Part shown: piece after piece, positions 17,726 through 18,280 of the stretch
Position numbering within the stretch: position 1 is the first letter of the stretch
How the letters are laid out: each line of letters opens with the position of its first letter
Assembly (NCBI GenBank): GCA_043800755.1
Contig: JAZDMQ010000144.1
Location: 1 to 18,280, forward strand
DNA length: 18,280 nt
Source of the DNA: a bacterium
Lineage (GTDB): Bacteria; Methylomirabilota; Methylomirabilia; CAVQYV01
Direction of reading: 5' to 3'
Notes under the pieces: model-generated
The model's input: only the letters and a program-made list of their open reading frames with translations
Databases searched by the model: none
What the model was told of the DNA's origin: nothing
Made by a program: the position numbers and the translations under genes

Positions 17726-18100
17726 CTACGACCTCCACAACCCGTGAATGTTGCAGTAGGCGCGCGCCCCGATCTTTCCCCCCTCTATTTTAAACTCTGC
17801 CTCCGGATGCTCGCCTGGGCTCAGCGATTTCCGGCAGATTTGCCCCTCAACCAGGATCTCGATCCATTCGATGTAATGCTTCTCCTCCATGGGGTGCGGG
17901 ATCGAACCGACCTTGACCTTGATACCCCCCTCAGCCCGCTCGATTACCGGGAGGTGCTTCTCTTTGCCCGCATCCTCCGTCTTCTCCAAGAGCAGCTCCA
18001 TGGACCGCCCGCAACAGACCAGCTCTCCGGCCCCCGCGTGGAGCACCTCCACCATGTTACCACAGACATTACACTTGTAGACCTGCCTTAGTTCCGTCAT
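17726..18100 (-). CDS. dfx: Desulfoferrodoxin (2Fe superoxide reductase)
   Basis: Desulforedoxin domain YKC.VCGN...L.CCG; SOR ligands EKH, HPM, HYIEW, CN.HG; AGGAG RBS. Confidence 0.95.
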   Translation of the reverse strand: MTELRQVYKCNVCGNMVEVLHAGAGELVCCGRSMELLLEKTEDAGKEKHLPVIERAEGGIKVKVGSIPHPMEEKHYIEWIEILVEGQICRKSLSPGEHPEAEFKIEGGKIGARAYCNIHGLWRS

Positions 18101-18113
18101 TTTCCGCTCCTAT

Positions 18114-18185
18114 TCAGATTTCTTCTAACAGCGTGAACAAGGTGTCGTGGTGGTCTACCTCTTCGTCCTTCTTCGTGGCGGCCAC
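18114..18185 (-). pseudogene. Relic 3' end of a ferritin/bacterioferritin-like gene
   Basis: Reads VAATKKDEEVDHHDTLFTLLEEI*, resembling the DEExHHDxFxxLLEE C-terminus of ferritin-like proteins. It ends 13 nt before the dfx start, with no intact upstream coding region. Confidence 0.45.
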
Positions 18186-18238
18186 CCTCTGTCTTCGAAT
18201 ATAGATTCCGCCCTCTCCTTCCAGATTCTCCTCATGCT

Positions 18239-18266
18239 ATTTTATCCCTTTGGCGCGGTAAGTCAA
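18239..18266 (-). promoter_or_regulatory. Candidate sigma70 promoter for the dfx/redox cluster
   Basis: Minus strand TTGACT-16 nt-TAAAAT. Confidence 0.6.
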
Positions 18267-18280
18267 CAGTTTCCTATCCC

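Noticed and set aside
1..18280. CRISPR array, transposase or integrase
   Set aside because: No regularly spaced repeats or recombinase motifs were seen by eye.

Overview
GC-rich bacterial chromosomal segment, probably from an anaerobe or microaerophile. Left end (1-~1120): a degenerate tRNA-Glu 3' part, an isolated tmRNA (ssrA) 3' end with its terminator (probable island junction), and a gene for an exported His-containing helical protein flanked by two related terminator elements. Next are metabolic genes: URO-D-family protein, LUD-domain protein, Zn-dependent dehydrogenase and cupin. The middle is the conserved minus-strand cluster ffh-rpsP-khpA-rimM-trmD-rplS-(DUF502)-rnhB-yraN-(cNMP-binding protein)-comM. 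After it comes a PAS-PAS-HisKA-HATPase-REC hybrid kinase interrupted by one in-frame TAA. The most interesting part is a minus-strand redox cluster at the right end: desulfoferrodoxin; a diheme CcP/MauG-family protein with Tyr at the MauG Tyr294 position; a Tat-exported metallophosphoesterase-fold protein with altered motifs (GEHD) and a WxW motif; a monoheme cytochrome c with a TsdA/SoxA-like putative Cys ligand; and a YvlD/holin-like membrane protein. All calls come from motif recognition by eye; no database searches were run.
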